Part shown: positions 19,202 to 28,831 of the stretch, one piece after another | How positions within the stretch are numbered: the stretch's first letter is position 1 | Layout: each line of letters opens with the position of its first letter | NCBI GenBank assembly: GCA_964522445.1 | Contig: CAZFUY010000003.1 | Span: forward strand, 1 to 54,878 | DNA length: 54,878 nucleotides | Reading direction: 5' to 3' | Source: an uncultured Thiotrichaceae bacterium | GTDB taxonomy: Bacteria; Pseudomonadota; Gammaproteobacteria; SZUA-229 | Position numbers and translations under genes: made by a program | Notes under the pieces: model-generated | The model's database searches: none | What the model saw: only the letters and a program-made list of their open reading frames with translations | What the model was told of the DNA's origin: nothing

Positions 19202-21682
19202 ATGCAAAAATTTCTGAAATTTCTTCGAATTAGTTTCAAGATTTTCTTCTCTGGCCTGGTTGTTGGCTTTGCAGGTCTTATTGGTCTGTATTTGTATTTA
19301 GAGCCAAAACTGCCATCAATTGAAGGTTTGAGTGATGTTCAGTTGCAGGTGCCCTTGCGTGTTTACAGTGCAGATGGCGCTTTAATGGCTGAATATGGTG
19401 AAAAAAGAAGGACACCAAAAAAGATAAAAGAAATTCCTGAGAAATTACGGCAGGCATTTTTAGCCGCAGAGGATGACCGCTTCTACCATCATCCCGGAGT
19501 AGATTATCAGGGCATTTTACGCGCAGTGGTTCATTTAATAAAAACAGGTGAACGTGGTCAGGGTGGTAGTACGATTACTATGCAGTTGGCGCGTAACTTT
19601 TATTTGAGTCGAGAAAAAACCTATGCTCGTAAATTAAATGAGATATTTTTAGCATTAAAAATAGAGCAGCAATTAACTAAGGATAATATTTTAGAGCTAT
19701 ATCTCAATAAGATATATCTGGGTAATCGAGCTTATGGTGTTGCTGCTGCAAGTCGTGTTTATTACGGCAAGCAAATGAAAAATCTGGATCTGGCGCAAAT
19801 AGCCATGATCGCAGGCCTGCCTAAAGCACCCTCTCGTTATAACCCTATTATTAATCCTCAGCGTGCCCTGACACGACGTAACTATGTGCTTAAGCGCATG
19901 GTTGAGCTAGATTTTGTTTCTGAGGCGGATGCTCGTTGGGCCAAAGCTCAACCTGCCAGTGCGGGGCTGCATGATTCCCCTGTAGAAGTTTCGGCATCAT
20001 ATGTGGCCGAGATGGTACGTGCAGAGATTTCTCGTCAGTTTGGTGAAGAGGCATATAACAAAGGCCTAAAAGTTTATACCACCATTGATAAGCGTCTTCA
20101 GGATGCGGCTAATAAAAGTGTTCAACATGCTTTGCTGGCTTATGATCAGCGTCATGGTTATAGAGGGCCGGAACAGCATATAGACTTTAATGTTGGTGAA
20201 ATTGCAGAAGATGCCTGGGAAGAGGCATTAGAAGGTGTTACTAATCATGGCAAATTACTGGCGGCATTTGTAACGGCGGTAGGTGAGCAGGATGCCAGAG
20301 TCTATTTAAAAGGGGGGCGGTTAATTAATCTGGACTGGGCGGGGCTTTCCTGGGCTAAACCTTATATTGATGTTAACCGTCAGGGAAAAGCGCCAGAAAA
20401 AGTGGCGGATATACTAAAAGTTGGTGACCTTATACGCATATATAGAGACATAAATGGTCACTGGAAATTAGGTCAGATTCCAGAAGTGCAGGGTGCTTTA
20501 ACATCTGTTGTACCTAATGATGGAGCGATTAAAGCGCTGGTGGGTGGTTTTGATTTTCATCAGAGTAAATTTAATCGTGCTGTTCAGGCTCGGCGTCAGG
20601 CAGGTTCCAGTTTTAAGCCCTTTATTTATAGTGCTGCTCTGGAGAAGAAATTTACAGCTGCATCCATTATCAATGATGCGCCCGTAGTGTTTCATGATCC
20701 TGCGCTGGAGGGTACATGGCGGCCAGAAAATTACAGTGGAAAGTTTTATGGCCCAACGCGTTTACGTGAAGCACTGGTTAAATCCAGAAATCTGGTCTCT
20801 ATCAGGATATTGAGATCAATAGGTGTTCGTTATGCTACACAGTTCGCTGCAAGATTTGGATTTAACCCTAATCTATTGCCGCATGATCTTTCGTTGGCTC
20901 TGGGTAGTGGCGAATTAAGCCCGCTTGATTTATCGACAGGATTTTCTGTTTTTGCAAATGGAGGATACCGTATTAAGACATATTTTATTCAGCGTATAGA
21001 AGACATGTCTGGCAAGATACTATTTGAAGCTGATCCAGAAGTGGCCTGTGTGAGTTGTGTATTAAAAGCCAGGGGTATTGCTTTGCCTGCTAAATCTCAG
21101 CTACAACCGGACTCTGTTTCAGGTGATGCTGTGGCTGAAGAAGAACTGGTTATTGACGAAAACATTGATTCAAAGTTACCCAGGCAAGCTGAGCTTGCTG
21201 TAGATAAACGTGTTATCTATATTATGGGAACAATCTTGCAGGATGTAATAAAGAGAGGCACAGGCCGCCGAGCTAGAGCGCTGGGTCGCCATGATCTGCA
21301 TGGTAAAACAGGAACAACCAATGACCAGAAGGATGCCTGGTTTAATGGCTTTAATCGCTCATTAGTTGCTACAGTATGGGTCGGTTTTGATCAGCAGACA
21401 CGTTCACTGGGTAATTATGAAACTGGCTCAAAAGCGGCATTGCCTATGTGGATTGATTTTATGCGTACAGCGTTACAGGGTGTGCCAGAAGATATGATGC
21501 CGCGCCCGGAAAATCTGGTAAGTGTTAAAATTAATCCCGAAACGGGTGAGCTGGCCAGAGCAAATGATAAGAATGCTATTTTTGAAATCTTTCGTGCTGA
21601 GCGCGCACCCAGGGCAAAAGCAGCTCCGAATATATCTAATGAATCTGATAACCAGCGGGTTATACCTGAGCAATTGTTTTAA
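19202..21682 (+). CDS. mrcA: penicillin-binding protein 1A (bifunctional transglycosylase/transpeptidase)
   Basis: GT51 motifs EDDRFYHHPGVD and GGSTITMQLARN. Transpeptidase motifs SSFKP (SxxK), SRN and KTGTTND. Confidence 0.95.
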   Translation: MQKFLKFLRISFKIFFSGLVVGFAGLIGLYLYLEPKLPSIEGLSDVQLQVPLRVYSADGALMAEYGEKRRTPKKIKEIPEKLRQAFLAAEDDRFYHHPGVDYQGILRAVVHLIKTGERGQGGSTITMQLARNFYLSREKTYARKLNEIFLALKIEQQLTKDNILELYLNKIYLGNRAYGVAAASRVYYGKQMKNLDLAQIAMIAGLPKAPSRYNPIINPQRALTRRNYVLKRMVELDFVSEADARWAKAQPASAGLHDSPVEVSASYVAEMVRAEISRQFGEEAYNKGLKVYTTIDKRLQDAANKSVQHALLAYDQRHGYRGPEQHIDFNVGEIAEDAWEEALEGVTNHGKLLAAFVTAVGEQDARVYLKGGRLINLDWAGLSWAKPYIDVNRQGKAPEKVADILKVGDLIRIYRDINGHWKLGQIPEVQGALTSVVPNDGAIKALVGGFDFHQSKFNRAVQARRQAGSSFKPFIYSAALEKKFTAASIINDAPVVFHDPALEGTWRPENYSGKFYGPTRLREALVKSRNLVSIRILRSIGVRYATQFAARFGFNPNLLPHDLSLALGSGELSPLDLSTGFSVFANGGYRIKTYFIQRIEDMSGKILFEADPEVACVSCVLKARGIALPAKSQLQPDSVSGDAVAEEELVIDENIDSKLPRQAELAVDKRVIYIMGTILQDVIKRGTGRRARALGRHDLHGKTGTTNDQKDAWFNGFNRSLVATVWVGFDQQTRSLGNYETGSKAALPMWIDFMRTALQGVPEDMMPRPENLVSVKINPETGELARANDKNAIFEIFRAERAPRAKAAPNISNESDNQRVIPEQLF

Positions 21683-21713
21683 AGAAAAGCTGTGTTTTTT
21701 GTAGGAGTGGCTT

Positions 21714-21967
21714 CGTACGACCTGAGTGGTATCACAACGGTAGTGTTTTGAGTTGGTTATAAGCAGATATCGGTTGATTGATTATACATGGGGACAGACC
21801 TCGCTTTTTGAGCTCTGTCCCCCTCGAAGTGACTATGTAATCACAACTCCGTACAGCTTGAGTGGTATCACAACGGGGACGGAGCGCAAACAGCGCGATC
21901 CATCCCCAGGCAAATCAGGTTTAAAATTTATTGATCTTAAGGTCTGCAACAGGATGTAAGCAGATAT
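21714..21967. repeat. direct repeats plus hairpins in the ponA/hemE convergent spacer
   Basis: CGTACGACCTGAGTGGTATCACAACGG (21714-21740) and CGTACAGCTTGAGTGGTATCACAACGG (21850-21876) share an identical 17-mer core. TAAGCAGATAT occurs at both 21759-21769 and 21957-21967. Two GGGGAC-initiated hairpins lie at 21790-21822 and 21875-21907. Confidence 0.75.
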
Positions 21968-21978
21968 TTATTTCAATA

Positions 21979-23043
21979 TTAAAGATGATAAGGTTTGCTT
22001 AGTTCATGCACTGTTTCAACCAGTGCGGCTACATGGTCAGGGTTTACATCAGGCGTTACGCCGTGACCTAAATTAAATACGTGGCCGCTGCCCTTTCCAT
22101 AAGCCTGCAGAATTTTTCCTGCTTCTTCTTTAATTGTTTCAGGTGAGGCGTAAAGTGTTGTTGGGTCCATATTGCCCTGTAATGCAACACGATCACCGAC
22201 CTGTTGTCTTGCCAGTGCAATATCTGTTGTCCAGTCCAGTCCCAGAGCGTCACAGCCTGAATTGGCTAAATCATTTAGCCACATGCCGCCGCCTTTGGTG
22301 AATAAAATAACAGGAACTTTCTGGCCGTCTTTTTCGCGAGTCAGTTTTGAAACAATTTCTGACATGTATTTTAATGAGAATTCTCTGTACATATTGGGAG
22401 ATAAACTGCCGCCCCAGGTATCAAAAATCATTACAGCCTGTGCGCCGGCTGCAATTTGTGCATTGAGATAAGCAACCACAGAGTCTGCAATTTTGCTTAG
22501 TAGCATATGAGCTATTTCAGGTTGATCAAAAAGCATGGCTTTTGATTTGCTAAATGTTTTGCTGCTGCCACCTTCAATCATATAAGTGGCTAGTGTCCAG
22601 GGGCTGCCAGAAAAACCAATTAAAGGTACGCGGCCATCTAATTCACGGCGTATAGTGCGTACAGCATCCATAACATATTTAAGTTCGTCTTCTGGATCGG
22701 GTACAGGCAGGTTTTTAATCTGTTGTTTTGTGCGAATGGGTGTTTTAAATTTTGGGCCTTCGCCTTCTTCAAAATACAGACCTAAACCCATGGCATCGGG
22801 AACAGTAAGGATATCTGAAAATAAAATAGCTGCGTCAAGATCAAAGCGTTCTAATGGCTGAAGCGTTACTTCACAGGCAAGATCGGGTGTTGAGCAAAGT
22901 GTCATGAAGTCACCGGCTTTTTCACGAATGGCGCGGTATTCTGGAAGATAACGTCCTGCCTGGCGCATAATCCAGATAGGCGTGCGATCAACAGGTTGCT
23001 TTAATAAAGCACGTAGAAAACGGTCGTTTTTTAATTCAGTCAT
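21979..23043 (-). CDS. hemE: uroporphyrinogen decarboxylase
   Basis: Hallmark [15 protein letters not shown] near the N-terminus, 354 aa. Confidence 0.96.
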   Translation of the reverse strand: MTELKNDRFLRALLKQPVDRTPIWIMRQAGRYLPEYRAIREKAGDFMTLCSTPDLACEVTLQPLERFDLDAAILFSDILTVPDAMGLGLYFEEGEGPKFKTPIRTKQQIKNLPVPDPEDELKYVMDAVRTIRRELDGRVPLIGFSGSPWTLATYMIEGGSSKTFSKSKAMLFDQPEIAHMLLSKIADSVVAYLNAQIAAGAQAVMIFDTWGGSLSPNMYREFSLKYMSEIVSKLTREKDGQKVPVILFTKGGGMWLNDLANSGCDALGLDWTTDIALARQQVGDRVALQGNMDPTTLYASPETIKEEAGKILQAYGKGSGHVFNLGHGVTPDVNPDHVAALVETVHELSKPYHL

Positions 23044-23133
23044 GTTGTTGCTTTTTTATGTGTGCGGATTTAATTGTGCGGTATGAATAGCAAGGTTAGA
23101 AGTAGAAAAGCTAACCCGGGTTTCTAAATTAGA

Positions 23134-23592
23134 TTATGCGGCGTTAAGGCGCGCTTTAATTTTACCGCTAACGCTACCCATATCGGCTCGGCCCTGCATT
23201 TTAGGCTTGAGCTGCCCCATCACTTTACCCATGTCTTTAATAGAGCTGGCACCTGTGCTGGAAATAGCGTCATTAATCATTGACTCGATTTCTTCGTCAC
23301 TGAGAGCAGAGGGCAGGTAGTCCTTTAATATTTCAATCTCGTATATTTCCTGCTCAAGCAGATCGTCACGCCCCGCGTCTTTATACTGGCTGGCAGACTC
23401 ACGACGCTGCTTTGTCATTTTATCAAGCACAGCAATAATACGATCATCATCCAGCTCAATTCGCTCGTCTACTTCAATTTGCTTTATGGCAGACAGAACG
23501 AGACGAATAACGCCCAGGCGTTTTTTATCGCCGCCTTTCATAGCAGCTTTCATTTCATCCGTGAGGCGTTGCTTGAGTGGAGCTGTACTCAT
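23134..23592 (-). CDS. yqeY: GatB/YqeY domain protein
   Basis: 152 aa with the typical LKQRLTDEMKAAMKGGDKKRLGVIRLVLSAIKQ...MGKVMGQLKPKMQGRADMG. It lies directly downstream of rpsU. Confidence 0.88.
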   Translation of the reverse strand: MSTAPLKQRLTDEMKAAMKGGDKKRLGVIRLVLSAIKQIEVDERIELDDDRIIAVLDKMTKQRRESASQYKDAGRDDLLEQEIYEIEILKDYLPSALSDEEIESMINDAISSTGASSIKDMGKVMGQLKPKMQGRADMGSVSGKIKARLNAA

Positions 23593-23604
23593 GACGTCAA
23601 CAAA

Positions 23605-23832
23605 TTAACGGCGACGATGAGGATTACGAGTTAAACGTTCTCTCTCTTTAGAAAGCTTCTTCATATTGCGCTTAACAGCAGCAGCAGCTTTACGCTTGCG
23701 TTCAGTTGTGGGCTTTTCATAAGCTTCACGGCGGCGGATTTCAGTTAATACGCCTGCTTTTTCGCAAGAGCGCTTGAAGCGGCGAAGTGCGACATCAAAC
23801 GGTTCGTTATCTTTAACTTTTACTTGTGGCAT
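23605..23832 (-). CDS. rpsU: 30S ribosomal protein S21
   Basis: The internal ATG gives [29 protein letters not shown]..., 75 aa, near-identical in pattern to E. coli S21. The 36-codon upstream extension in the ORF track is rejected. Confidence 0.95.
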   Translation of the reverse strand: MPQVKVKDNEPFDVALRRFKRSCEKAGVLTEIRRREAYEKPTTERKRKAAAAVKRNMKKLSKERERLTRNPHRRR

Positions 23833-24025
23833 TGATTTCTCACTAATGTTTGTAACTAGCCAGTTCTTAATCCAGATAGCAGAGTTAATCTGAATAGTTA
23901 CAGTGTTTTTCTGTTTACTATGTTCTACAATTCGACCCAAAACAGGATCGAGTGCTTTAGAGCCGCGGGATTATATCAGTTTTTTTTGAATTACCAAACA
24001 ATAGATTGGGGAATATTGGTTAATT

Positions 24026-25039
24026 ATGATTGTTTTAGGCATTGAATCTTCCTGTGATGAAACAGGTATTGCAATATATGACTCTGAAAAAGGCCTGCTG
24101 GCGCATGTTCTGCATTCCCAGATCAAGCTACATGCCGAGTATGGTGGCGTAGTGCCTGAGCTGGCATCTCGCGATCATGTTCGTTATCTGCTGCCACTTA
24201 TAGAACAGGTTCTGCAACAGGCAGGACTAACAAAACAGGAAATTGATGGTATAGCCTTCACATCAGGTCCAGGGCTGGTGGGTGCATTAATGGTGGGTGT
24301 GTCAGCCGGGCGTGCGCTGGCCATGGCGCTGGATGTGCCTGCCATTGGTGTACATCATATGGAAGGGCATCTTTTAGCGCCTATGCTGGAAGATTCTGTG
24401 CCAGAATTTCCCTTTATTGCACTACTGGTTTCTGGTGGGCATACCCTGTTAGCTGAAGTGCAGGGCGTTGGGCAATATAAAATTCTGGGTGAAAGTCTGG
24501 ATGATGCCGCTGGTGAGGCATTTGATAAAACGGCCAAGATGCTGGGATTAGGTTATCCCGGTGGCCCCATTCTCGCTAAATTAGCAGAACAGGGTGATGC
24601 CAGTGAATATAAATTTCCGCGACCCATGACAGATCGTCCAGGACTGGATTTTAGCTTTAGTGGCTTAAAAACCTTTACCCTGACAACCTGGCAAAAAGCC
24701 AGTCAGAATGAACAGACGAAGGCCAATATTGCACGTGCATTTGAAGATGCCGTTGTTGATACCTTAATGATTAAATGTCGCCGAGCTATTAAACAAACGG
24801 CTATAAAAACGCTGGTTATTGCTGGAGGGGTTGGTGCTAATTTGCGCTTAAGGGCATCGCTTCAGTCAATGATGGAAAAAGAACAGGGGCAGTTATTTTA
24901 TCCGCGAGTTGAGTTTTGTACCGACAATGGTGCAATGATTGCGTATGTAGGGTGCCTACGATTAATGGCTGGGCAGATAGAGCCTTTGGTAATTAATGCG
25001 AAGGCGAGATGGCCTATTGATGAGCTAAAGGCAATTTAG
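24026..25039 (+). CDS. tsaD: tRNA N6-adenosine threonylcarbamoyltransferase
   Basis: [10 protein letters not shown], metal motif HHMEGH, 337 aa. Divergent from rpsU as in E. coli. Confidence 0.96.
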   Translation: MIVLGIESSCDETGIAIYDSEKGLLAHVLHSQIKLHAEYGGVVPELASRDHVRYLLPLIEQVLQQAGLTKQEIDGIAFTSGPGLVGALMVGVSAGRALAMALDVPAIGVHHMEGHLLAPMLEDSVPEFPFIALLVSGGHTLLAEVQGVGQYKILGESLDDAAGEAFDKTAKMLGLGYPGGPILAKLAEQGDASEYKFPRPMTDRPGLDFSFSGLKTFTLTTWQKASQNEQTKANIARAFEDAVVDTLMIKCRRAIKQTAIKTLVIAGGVGANLRLRASLQSMMEKEQGQLFYPRVEFCTDNGAMIAYVGCLRLMAGQIEPLVINAKARWPIDELKAI

Positions 25040-25653
25040 CTTTTTTTAGAACCAATTTTCCCTTCTTTACCCGCCAGTAAATTTGCAATATTACTCCGGT
25101 GTCGCCAGTAAAGAAGGGCAGACATGATGACCGCGCTAATAGTGATAATATTTGAGCCAGTTATTAGCCAAATTAGCAAAGGCGCAAATAAAGCAGCAAC
25201 CAGAGCGGCAAGGGATGAATATTTAAAGATAAAGGCCATAGCCAGCCAGATGCTAATTGTGCCAAGTCCTACCATCCATTGAATGCCAATCAGTATGCCT
25301 AATAATGTAGCTACACCCTTGCCGCCAGAAAAGCCATAATAAACAGGATATAAGTGGCCTAAAAATGCAGCCAGCCCTGCTCCGGCTATAGCTTCATCGG
25401 GTGCATTAATAGAGGTAGCAATAAATACCGGGATCAGGCCTTTTAGCATGTCGCCAATAAGGGTAATTGCGGCTGCTTTTTTACCCCCTGAGCGCAGAAC
25501 ATTGGTTGCACCGGGATTATTTGATCCAACGGTTCGAGGGTCTGGCAGGCCCATAATTTTGCAGGTAACAATTGAAGTGGATACAGAACCCAGCAAATAG
25601 CCAAACAGGGCAAAAGCAAGTATCAGTATAATGGGTTGTTGTAGCGCATCCAC
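25036..25653 (-). CDS. plsY: glycerol-3-phosphate acyltransferase (acyl-phosphate dependent)
   Basis: Polytopic membrane protein with the hallmark [10 protein letters not shown] and the GKGVAT motif. Confidence 0.93.
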   Translation of the reverse strand: MDALQQPIILILAFALFGYLLGSVSTSIVTCKIMGLPDPRTVGSNNPGATNVLRSGGKKAAAITLIGDMLKGLIPVFIATSINAPDEAIAGAGLAAFLGHLYPVYYGFSGGKGVATLLGILIGIQWMVGLGTISIWLAMAFIFKYSSLAALVAALFAPLLIWLITGSNIITISAVIMSALLYWRHRSNIANLLAGKEGKIGSKKS

Positions 25654-25725
25654 AGAGAGTATCTTCTTTGGCTCTTAAAAAATGCGAACGTTACCACTGT
25701 GAAGGGGTTCTGGTAAAGGTAATGT

Positions 25726-26478
25726 ATGAAATCTAAAAAAATAAAATGTGTTTTTGTTCACGGCTGGGGAATGAATAAGGCCATTTGGCGGCCTGTATTA
25801 GAAATGCTACCTGACTGGATAGAACCCGCTGCTATTGATCTGCCGGGGCATGGTTCGCAGGCAGATAAAAGCTTTGAAACACTGGATGATTTAGTTCAGG
25901 CTTTAGATCAGTCAGTAAAAGAACCCGCTATATGGATTGCCTGGTCACTGGGTGGTCTGGCAGCTATACAGCTGGCTTTGCAAAAGCCCAAAAAAGTTCA
26001 GGCGATGATATTAGTGTCCAGCTCACCCTGTTTTGTACAAAAGCAGGACTGGTCATCGGGCATGAAAGCCGATGTGTTTGATGATTTTGCAAAAGAACTT
26101 GAAAATGATTTTTCAGGTACAATCCGTCGTTTTTTATCTTTGCAGGTGCGGGGATCAACAGGTGGGCGAGAAATATTGCGCAGCTTACGCAAAGAAGTAT
26201 TAGCCCAACCTGCTGCAAATATTGAATCTTTAAGATCAGGTTTGAATTTACTGAAAACGGTAGATTTACGTCACCAGCTTTTGCAATTAGAAATGCCCGT
26301 CAGCTGGTTGTTAGGTGAATGTGATGGTTTAGTTAAAGCTTCATTAGCAACTGAACTTGAAAGCTTAATGCCAGATGCAGAAGTTAATATTTTTAATCAG
26401 GCGGCACACGCTCCGTTTTTATCTCACTTGCCTGAGTTTAATAAACAGTTAACCGAGTTTGTAAAAAAACTCATATAA
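25726..26478 (+). CDS. bioH: pimeloyl-ACP methyl ester carboxylesterase
   Basis: Alpha/beta hydrolase with VHGWG and the nucleophile elbow WSLGG, plus C-terminal AAHAPFLSH. It sits immediately upstream of bioC. Confidence 0.85.
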   Translation: MKSKKIKCVFVHGWGMNKAIWRPVLEMLPDWIEPAAIDLPGHGSQADKSFETLDDLVQALDQSVKEPAIWIAWSLGGLAAIQLALQKPKKVQAMILVSSSPCFVQKQDWSSGMKADVFDDFAKELENDFSGTIRRFLSLQVRGSTGGREILRSLRKEVLAQPAANIESLRSGLNLLKTVDLRHQLLQLEMPVSWLLGECDGLVKASLATELESLMPDAEVNIFNQAAHAPFLSHLPEFNKQLTEFVKKLI

Positions 26479-26497
26479 TTTTGTTGAATAGTTTCAT

Positions 26498-27355
26498 ATG
26501 ACCTTACCTGTTAGTTCCAGAAAAAATTGTATTCAAAAACATTTTGATGCTAAAGCAGATTGTTATGAGTCGTCTGCGGTATTGCAGAAAGAAGTGTGTG
26601 ATCGAATGCTCGAACGATTAAATTTAGTTACCTTAAAACCACTAAAAATATTAGATGCAGGTGCGGGCACAGGTTGGGGTGTGCAGGGTTTAATGGAAAA
26701 ATATTCATCAGCAAATGTCATTGCGCTGGATTTGTCTTTATCTATGCTAAAGCAGAGTAAAGCAAAAGGTGGCTGGTTTCATAAACCGAGTTTACTTTGT
26801 GCGGATGCAGAGTTTTTGCCAATAGCAGATAATTCTGTTGACCTAATTTTTTCCAGCTTAATGTTGCAATGGTGTGATGCAAAAAAAGTATTTGCAGAAT
26901 TTAAACGCATATTAAAACCGGGCGGCCTGTTAATGTTTTCAAGTTTTGGCCCTGATACATTAAAAGAATTACGTTATAGCTGGGCACAGGTTGACAACAA
27001 TCTTCATGTAAATGATTTTGTCGATATGCATGATTTAGGTGATGAGCTTTTACTGTCTGGTTTTGCTGAGCCAGTACTGGATATGGATATGATTACTCTC
27101 ACCTACTCGCATGCAAAAGAAGTGATGATAGATTTAAAAAATATTGGTGCAAATACACTGATAAATAATAAATCCAGGGGGTTAATAACGCCGAGAAAGT
27201 TTCAGCGAGTAATTGATGCTTATGAAGCTTTTAGAGTAAACGACATTCTGCCGGCCAGTTTTGAAATTGTTTATGGGCATGCGTGGAAGGCAGAAGAAAG
27301 TAATAAAAAAGAAGTTATTGGTGAAGCGTTTTCAATACCAATAAAAACTATTTGA
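26498..27355 (+). CDS. bioC: malonyl-ACP O-methyltransferase
   Basis: SAM motif ILDAGAGTG, FDAKADCYESSAVLQKEV BioC-type N-terminus, and the SSLMLQW motif. Confidence 0.85.
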   Translation: MTLPVSSRKNCIQKHFDAKADCYESSAVLQKEVCDRMLERLNLVTLKPLKILDAGAGTGWGVQGLMEKYSSANVIALDLSLSMLKQSKAKGGWFHKPSLLCADAEFLPIADNSVDLIFSSLMLQWCDAKKVFAEFKRILKPGGLLMFSSFGPDTLKELRYSWAQVDNNLHVNDFVDMHDLGDELLLSGFAEPVLDMDMITLTYSHAKEVMIDLKNIGANTLINNKSRGLITPRKFQRVIDAYEAFRVNDILPASFEIVYGHAWKAEESNKKEVIGEAFSIPIKTI

Positions 27356-27535
27356 CTGTGCTCGTCAGGGTGGTCAGTGTCGTTTTGTTTATTGTCCCAA
27401 AATGCTAGTAAAAACTATGCGCTTTAGTGTAAGGCCTTAGCGTTATTTTTTAAGATTAAGATAAAAATTTAAAAACATCGTCATTCCAGCATGCTTCTAG
27501 CTGGAATCCAGTGTTTAGAGTTTGGTTTTTTTTGG

Positions 27536-27730
27536 CTTTGTGGTTTCGCCTTTATGGCGAGTTCATTTCTTTTGCTCGCACAAAAGAAACCGAACCAAAG
27601 AAAATGCGCCCCAGGTCACAAGCCCTCATTGCTTTTTATGAGGGCTTGTGACCTGGGGCGGCATTTCTTTGCTTACTTTCTTGTTGCTGTAGACAAGAAA
27701 GTGAGTCGCCATACAGGCGAAATCACAAAG
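27536..27730. repeat. about 195-bp compound palindrome (MITE-like)
   Basis: The outer 25-nt arms 27536-27560 and 27706-27730 are 23/25 complementary. The central stem CGCCCCAGGTCACAAGCCCTCAT (27607-27629) pairs perfectly over 23 bp with 27638-27660. Each half carries an additional local hairpin. Confidence 0.85.
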
Positions 27731-27807
27731 CAAAAAAAACAATAATCTATCAAGTTACATTAAATCAAATTTAAACAACAACCCCATCCCAGATAAATTA
27801 CAGGCAT

Positions 27808-27838
27808 AAAAAAAGCGGCTAATGAAATGAGCCGCTTC
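27808..27838 (-). terminator. rho-independent terminator of rpoH
   Basis: On the minus strand, AAGCGGCT-CATTTCATT-AGCCGCTT is followed by TTTTTTT, about 20 nt after the rpoH stop. Confidence 0.75.
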
Positions 27839-27858
27839 TTAAAAGTGTTTAAAAAAAA

Positions 27859-28719
27859 TTAAGCTTCAAATGATGCTTTCATCTTTTTCATCGCATTCTT
27901 TTCAAGTTGTCGAATGCGCTCTGCTGAGACCTGATATTTATCTGCTAACTGGTGCAGCGTTGCCTTGTTTTCATCATCCAGCCAGCGAGACATTAGAATA
28001 TCACGACTACGTTCATCAAGTGAGTTAAGTGATTCACTTAAAGCTTGCAGTTGCTGGCCTTTCCAGTCGTCCTGTTCCAGTTGTTTTGCTGGATCATTTA
28101 ATGGGCTGGCTACATAGGTTGCAGGCGAGATATGCTTTTCATCGTCATCATCTGTGGCAGCATCGAAAGCAACATCATAGTTGCTTAAGCGGGCTTCCAT
28201 TTGTACTACGGTTTCTGGTTTGACACCCAGATCTTTTGCTACGCCTTCAATTTCTTCCTGACTAAACCAGCCCAGACGTTTTTTGGAGCTGCGCAGATTA
28301 AAGAATAATTTTCGTTGAGCTTTGGTTGTGGCAATTTTAACAATGCGCCAGTTTTTCAATACAAATTCATGAATCTCAGCACGAATCCAGTGAACGGCAA
28401 AAGAGACCAGGCGAACCTGATGATCTGTTTTAAAGCGTTTTACGGCTTTCATTAAGCCGACATTGCCTTCCTGAATCAGGTCTGCAAGTGGAAGTCCGTA
28501 GCCCTGGTAGCCACGGGCAATGCGAATAACAAAACGCAAATGAGGCATGATCAATTTTTGTGCTGCATCAAGGTCGCCGTTTTCCTGCAAACGTGTACCT
28601 AAATCATATTCCTCTTCTGCGCTAAGCATAGGAATTGCGTGGGCGCGCTGGATGTATTGATCCAGACTGCCACTGGCAATGGGTAGATGACTGGTTGCGA
28701 GAATTAGTTCGTTTGACAT
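27859..28719 (-). CDS. rpoH: RNA polymerase sigma-32 (heat-shock sigma factor)
   Basis: RpoH box QRKLFFNLR and region 2 [15 protein letters not shown]. The start at the internal ATG ([13 protein letters not shown]) has a GGAG Shine-Dalgarno. The 20-codon upstream extension is rejected. Confidence 0.95.
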   Translation of the reverse strand: MSNELILATSHLPIASGSLDQYIQRAHAIPMLSAEEEYDLGTRLQENGDLDAAQKLIMPHLRFVIRIARGYQGYGLPLADLIQEGNVGLMKAVKRFKTDHQVRLVSFAVHWIRAEIHEFVLKNWRIVKIATTKAQRKLFFNLRSSKKRLGWFSQEEIEGVAKDLGVKPETVVQMEARLSNYDVAFDAATDDDDEKHISPATYVASPLNDPAKQLEQDDWKGQQLQALSESLNSLDERSRDILMSRWLDDENKATLHQLADKYQVSAERIRQLEKNAMKKMKASFEA

Positions 28720-28748
28720 ATTAGCTCCACAATATTTGTGTAAATATA

Positions 28749-28775
28749 TTAGCACTCTTAAAGTTAGAGTGCTAA
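28749..28775 (-). promoter_or_regulatory. perfect 10-bp stem hairpin between the REC gene and rpoH
   Basis: TTAGCACTCT-7 nt-AGAGTGCTAA. It ends 29 nt upstream of the rpoH ATG and lies 57 nt after the upstream gene's stop. It could be a terminator or attenuator, or an rpoH leader structure. Confidence 0.4.
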
Positions 28776-28831
28776 TCAATATATTAGTTCAAGCTTATTT
28801 AAATAAAAAGGGGTGTGGGCTTTTTTATGTA

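Noticed and set aside
21753-21959. 68-aa ORF in the ponA-hemE spacer
   Set aside because: It has a non-ATG (TTG) start and no Shine-Dalgarno. It spans the direct repeats and hairpins, so it is more likely non-coding sequence.
23833-23940. N-terminal extensions of rpsU (36 codons), rpoH (20 codons, 28720-28779) and dnaG (11 codons, 1857-1889) in the ORF track
   Set aside because: The internal starts reproduce the canonical N-termini (MPQVKV, MSNEL with a GGAG Shine-Dalgarno, MAGRIP). The extensions have no homology logic, and for dnaG the extension runs into a repeat.
27491-27745. 84-aa ORF on the + strand in the bioC-rpoH spacer
   Set aside because: It is the read-through translation of the compound palindrome. 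The peptide itself is quasi-palindromic, and there is no RBS. I treat it as a repeat artefact rather than a gene.
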